A DNA stretch of 64,000 nucleotides from Pyrodictiaceae archaeon. Lineage in GTDB: Archaea; Thermoproteota; Thermoprotei_A; Sulfolobales; Pyrodictiaceae. The stretch covers positions 1,092,880 through 1,156,879 of the forward strand of contig JALVSY010000007.1 in assembly GCA_027036135.1 (NCBI GenBank), given 5' to 3'. The position numbers and the translations under genes were made by a program. Shown one piece after another: positions 61,332-64,000 of the stretch (position 1 is its first letter; every line of letters starts with the position of its first letter). The notes beneath the pieces were generated by a model. It searched no databases. It had not been told where the DNA came from and saw only the letters and a list, made by a program, of their open reading frames with translations.

Positions 61332-61366
61332 TGAGTCCTCTGCGAGTCATCGGTGATTATTGTACC

Positions 61367-62497
61367 CTATTCGTCGCCTAGGTTCCTCTCCAGCCAATGA
61401 TAGTGCTCCAGCCTATAGGGTAGCCATCTTAGTAAATGGTCTGTTGTTACTAGGGCTGTTACTGCCTCTACTACTGGTACTGCTCTTATCGCTATTGCTG
61501 GGTCGTGGCGCCCCCGACCCGTTATTGTTGCTTCCTCTAACCCCCTCCAGTCGATGGTTCTTAGTGGCTTCCTTATAGTGGAGGTCGGTTTGAAGGCTGC
61601 TCGCATCACTATCGGTGCCCCGGTGGAGAGTCCGCCGAGGACGCCGCCAGAGTACCCGGGCACTGGTACTGGTGCTCCCTCAGTGCTTAGTACTATGTTG
61701 TCGGTTGCCTCGGAGCCCCGCTTCTCCCCAGCCCTCATCCCTATACCCAGCTCGACACCCCTTACCCCCGGGATGGCGAAGAACGCCTTAGCTAGGTCAG
61801 CGTCGAGCGGGTCTAGTGGTGGCTCGCCTAGGCCTGGTGGCGCCCCGGTTATCCATACCTCTACTACGCCGCCGAGGCTGTCGCCCTCGCGGAGCGCTGC
61901 TATGAGTGCCTTCCTCATCTCCTCCGAGGCCTCCTCGTCGTGGCAGAATACGGGGCTCCTGTTCCTCTCCTCCCTAAGCCTCTCTAGCTCCTCTGCGCTC
62001 CTAGGCTCAGGGCAGGTTGCTGGGCCTAGGCGGCGCAGATAGGCATAGAACCCTAGGCCATGCCTCCCAGCTATCTTCTTCGCTACGGCGCCGGCGGCGA
62101 CGAGGGCAGCAGTTAGCCTACCAGAGAACATACCCCCGCCACGATAATCGTTGAACCCCATGTAGCGAAGCCTAGCAGCTAGGTCAGAGTGGCCGGGCCG
62201 GGGCCTATGACGAACAACCTCCTCGTAGAAACTGCTATCAACGTCACGGTTACGAATAATCCCCGCGATGGGGGCCCCAGTAGTATAGCCCATATAGACG
62301 CCGCTAAGCAGCTCCACCTGGTCCTCTTCGCGCCTAGGACTAGTAAGCACCCGGCCGGGGCGGCGAAGCGCAAGCTCCTCATTAATCTCCTCGACACTAA
62401 TAGCTATACCTGGCGGAACACCCTCAAGCACAAAACCAACACAACAACCATGACTCTCCCCGAATAATGTAAGGCGGAGAAGCTTACCAAGCGCCAA
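61367..62497 (-). CDS. aroC: chorismate synthase
   Basis: FGESHG, RPGHSD, RGGG..SGR, GDSLGG, FKPTST, GRHDP. Confidence 0.95.
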   Translation of the reverse strand: MALGKLLRLTLFGESHGCCVGFVLEGVPPGIAISVEEINEELALRRPGRVLTSPRREEDQVELLSGVYMGYTTGAPIAGIIRNRDVDSSFYEEVVRHRPRPGHSDLAARLRYMGFNDYRGGGMFSGRLTAALVAAGAVAKKIAGRHGLGFYAYLRRLGPATCPEPRSAEELERLREERNRSPVFCHDEEASEEMRKALIAALREGDSLGGVVEVWITGAPPGLGEPPLDPLDADLAKAFFAIPGVRGVELGIGMRAGEKRGSEATDNIVLSTEGAPVPVPGYSGGVLGGLSTGAPIVMRAAFKPTSTIRKPLRTIDWRGLEEATITGRGRHDPAIAIRAVPVVEAVTALVTTDHLLRWLPYRLEHYHWLERNLGDE

Positions 62498-62645
62498 GCG
62501 TTACCAGCCCCTCTACCAAGGCAGCCGTAGCGCTCAAAATAGCTAATCCTCCCTTGCAGAGAAACTATCATTTTTCTTGGGTTTAATCAATGGCTCCATG
62601 AGAGACGGAAGAGACCCAAAATTAGCTTACTATATTTATCTTTTG

Positions 62646-62930
62646 TTACTCTAGCCGTCTCCGAAACTTCTCGTATATAGTGTCGCGGTGCCCGACAGCT
62701 ATTATATAAACAGTGTCGCGGGCAGGTACGTAGCAATAGACGAGGCGATAGTCTCCCCGCCTAAGCTTGAAGCAGTATAGGTTCCTCAGGCTCGGGGGCA
62801 GGCGTAGCCTTTCCCCAATAAATGGATCCTTCTCCAATTTATCAATAAGCTCTAGGGCCCATTCAACAATATCCCTTGGTAATTGTTTTAAATCACGCCT
62901 CGCTGCTCCAACGAGACGTACACTGGGCAA
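62646..62930 (-). CDS. relE: RelE/ParE-family toxin
   Basis: ARRDLKQLP..DPFIGE.L..KLRRGDYRLVY..AVGHRDTIY. Confidence 0.85.
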   Translation of the reverse strand: MPSVRLVGAARRDLKQLPRDIVEWALELIDKLEKDPFIGERLRLPPSLRNLYCFKLRRGDYRLVYCYVPARDTVYIIAVGHRDTIYEKFRRRLE

Positions 62931-62974
62931 CTTTTCGGAGCCTCTAAGAAAATTAACACTAGTACATAGATGGA

Positions 62975-63178
62975 TTAGGTGTCTTCTTCCTCTTTCTCGC
63001 GTAGAATCTCTACTAAGGCTTCTCGGGCAGGGACAGTGTCTCTATTAAGCAGGACATCGATTATCCGCTTAGCAAGCTCTCGGCGAAACTCCTCCCTGTA
63101 CACACCCTCGTCGTCGCCCTCGGGGGTCTCAATCTCCACTACTACCTTGACCCTAGATGCACGCAAGATCCGAGACAC
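62975..63178 (-). CDS. small protein, putative antitoxin
   Basis: 67-aa charged ORF immediately upstream of relE. Confidence 0.5.
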   Translation of the reverse strand: MSRILRASRVKVVVEIETPEGDDEGVYREEFRRELAKRIIDVLLNRDTVPAREALVEILREKEEEDT

Positions 63179-63334
63179 CTATACCAAGGCATAATATAGC
63201 TACTAATCATTAAAAGCGAGTATAGCCCAACTATACAAAAGTTAAGGACAAACCTTTATAAGCGTCTTGGATTCGCCTGCCACGTCTCTTGGCTCTCGCT
63301 CATTGCTGCTCTTTTGAAGAGGAGCCAAAGAAGG

Positions 63335-63481
63335 CTACTCGTTCCAGCCCTTGTCCCTGCTTTCCCGTATAATCTTCGCGGCAAGGTTCTCCTCAATACT
63401 CCTTGTTTTCTCGCGGATTCTGTCCATCTCTTCCGCTATTTTTCTTAGCCTATCTACTTGTCGCATGTCTCCCGGCACCAT
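63335..63481 (-). pseudogene. orphan VapB-like antitoxin fragment
   Basis: 48 aa ending AAKIIRESRD, resembling VapB C-termini; no PIN gene follows. Confidence 0.4.
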
Positions 63482-63523
63482 AGCCTCCTTATCTCTATTT
63501 GCAAGGCTATAGTCTTTTCCTCA

Positions 63524-64000
63524 TTAGTGCTCGTAGCTTATCCTCGCTCCTAGGCTTACTAGAGTGTCCCAGAACCCGGGGAAGGATTTCGCTACGACCA
63601 TGGGGTCTAGTATCTTGACCGGTTTCTCCGAGGCTAGGCCGAGGAGTGCTGCCAGCATCGCTACTCTGTGGTCACCATATGTGCTATAGGTTACCCCGCC
63701 GGGTAGCTTGCCACACCTCCCCCTCACTTCTATGCAGAGCCCCTTGTCCCTGTCCTCTACTAGCCGGGCCTCGACACCGCCTCTGCGGAGCACGTCGAGT
63801 ATTGCCTCTACACGGTTACTCTCCTTCAGCCTAAGCCTCTCGGCACAACAAATCCTCGAGACACCACAGGCAATGGCGGCGAGGGCTGCTAGCACTGGGC
63901 CTAGATCGGGGTAGTCGCGTATACAGGTCTCGAAGCCCTCTAGCCGCCCTCTCTCTGCCTCGGCGTAGTCCTCGCCAAGGCGTACACAGGCCCCAGCAGC
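63524..64000 (-). CDS. aroA: EPSP synthase, 3' part (runs off the window)
   Basis: DYPDL.P, RLKESNR, DHRVAM, KSFPGFW. Confidence 0.93.
   Translation of the reverse strand, partial: AAGACVRLGEDYAEAERGRLEGFETCIRDYPDLGPVLAALAAIACGVSRICCAERLRLKESNRVEAILDVLRRGGVEARLVEDRDKGLCIEVRGRCGKLPGGVTYSTYGDHRVAMLAALLGLASEKPVKILDPMVVAKSFPGFWDTLVSLGARISYEH

Noticed and set aside
1-64000. CRISPR array, rRNA, complete tRNA, transposase or integrase
   Set aside because: No regularly spaced repeats or recognisable motifs seen; AT-rich intergenic tracts were inspected by eye only

Overview
Chromosomal window from a hyperthermophilic crenarchaeote (Thermoproteota; Desulfurococcales/Pyrodictiaceae-like, inferred from an ESCRT-III CdvB paralog, PaREP1 genes, a split glutamate synthase and very frequent CTAG). 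From left to right it holds: a coiled-coil repeat protein; a Liv-type ABC importer operon with an embedded acyl-CoA ligase and a divergent second ligase (both interrupted); two glutamate synthase genes, purA, a Pab87-like peptidase and an SQR-like/DUF1641 pair; a decaying accessory region (~23.7-39.4 kb) with many toxin-antitoxin/HEPN/PaREP1 genes, a truncated alkA and a degenerate 3' fragment of tRNA-Arg(TCG), interleaved with sufBC; then a cdvB paralog, TrmB, a 1418-aa MMPL transporter with PadR, and a supercluster joining futalosine menaquinone genes (mqnC/E/A/D) to shikimate and aromatic amino acid genes (aroE/D/B/F/C/A, split transketolase, tyrA, pheA). About a dozen single-base lesions are visible. 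They fall on toxins, PaREP1 genes, acyl-CoA ligases, one membrane protein, tyrA and pheA, while the long core genes are intact. No CRISPR array, rRNA, complete tRNA, integrase or transposase was seen. All product calls come from motif recognition by eye, not database searches.
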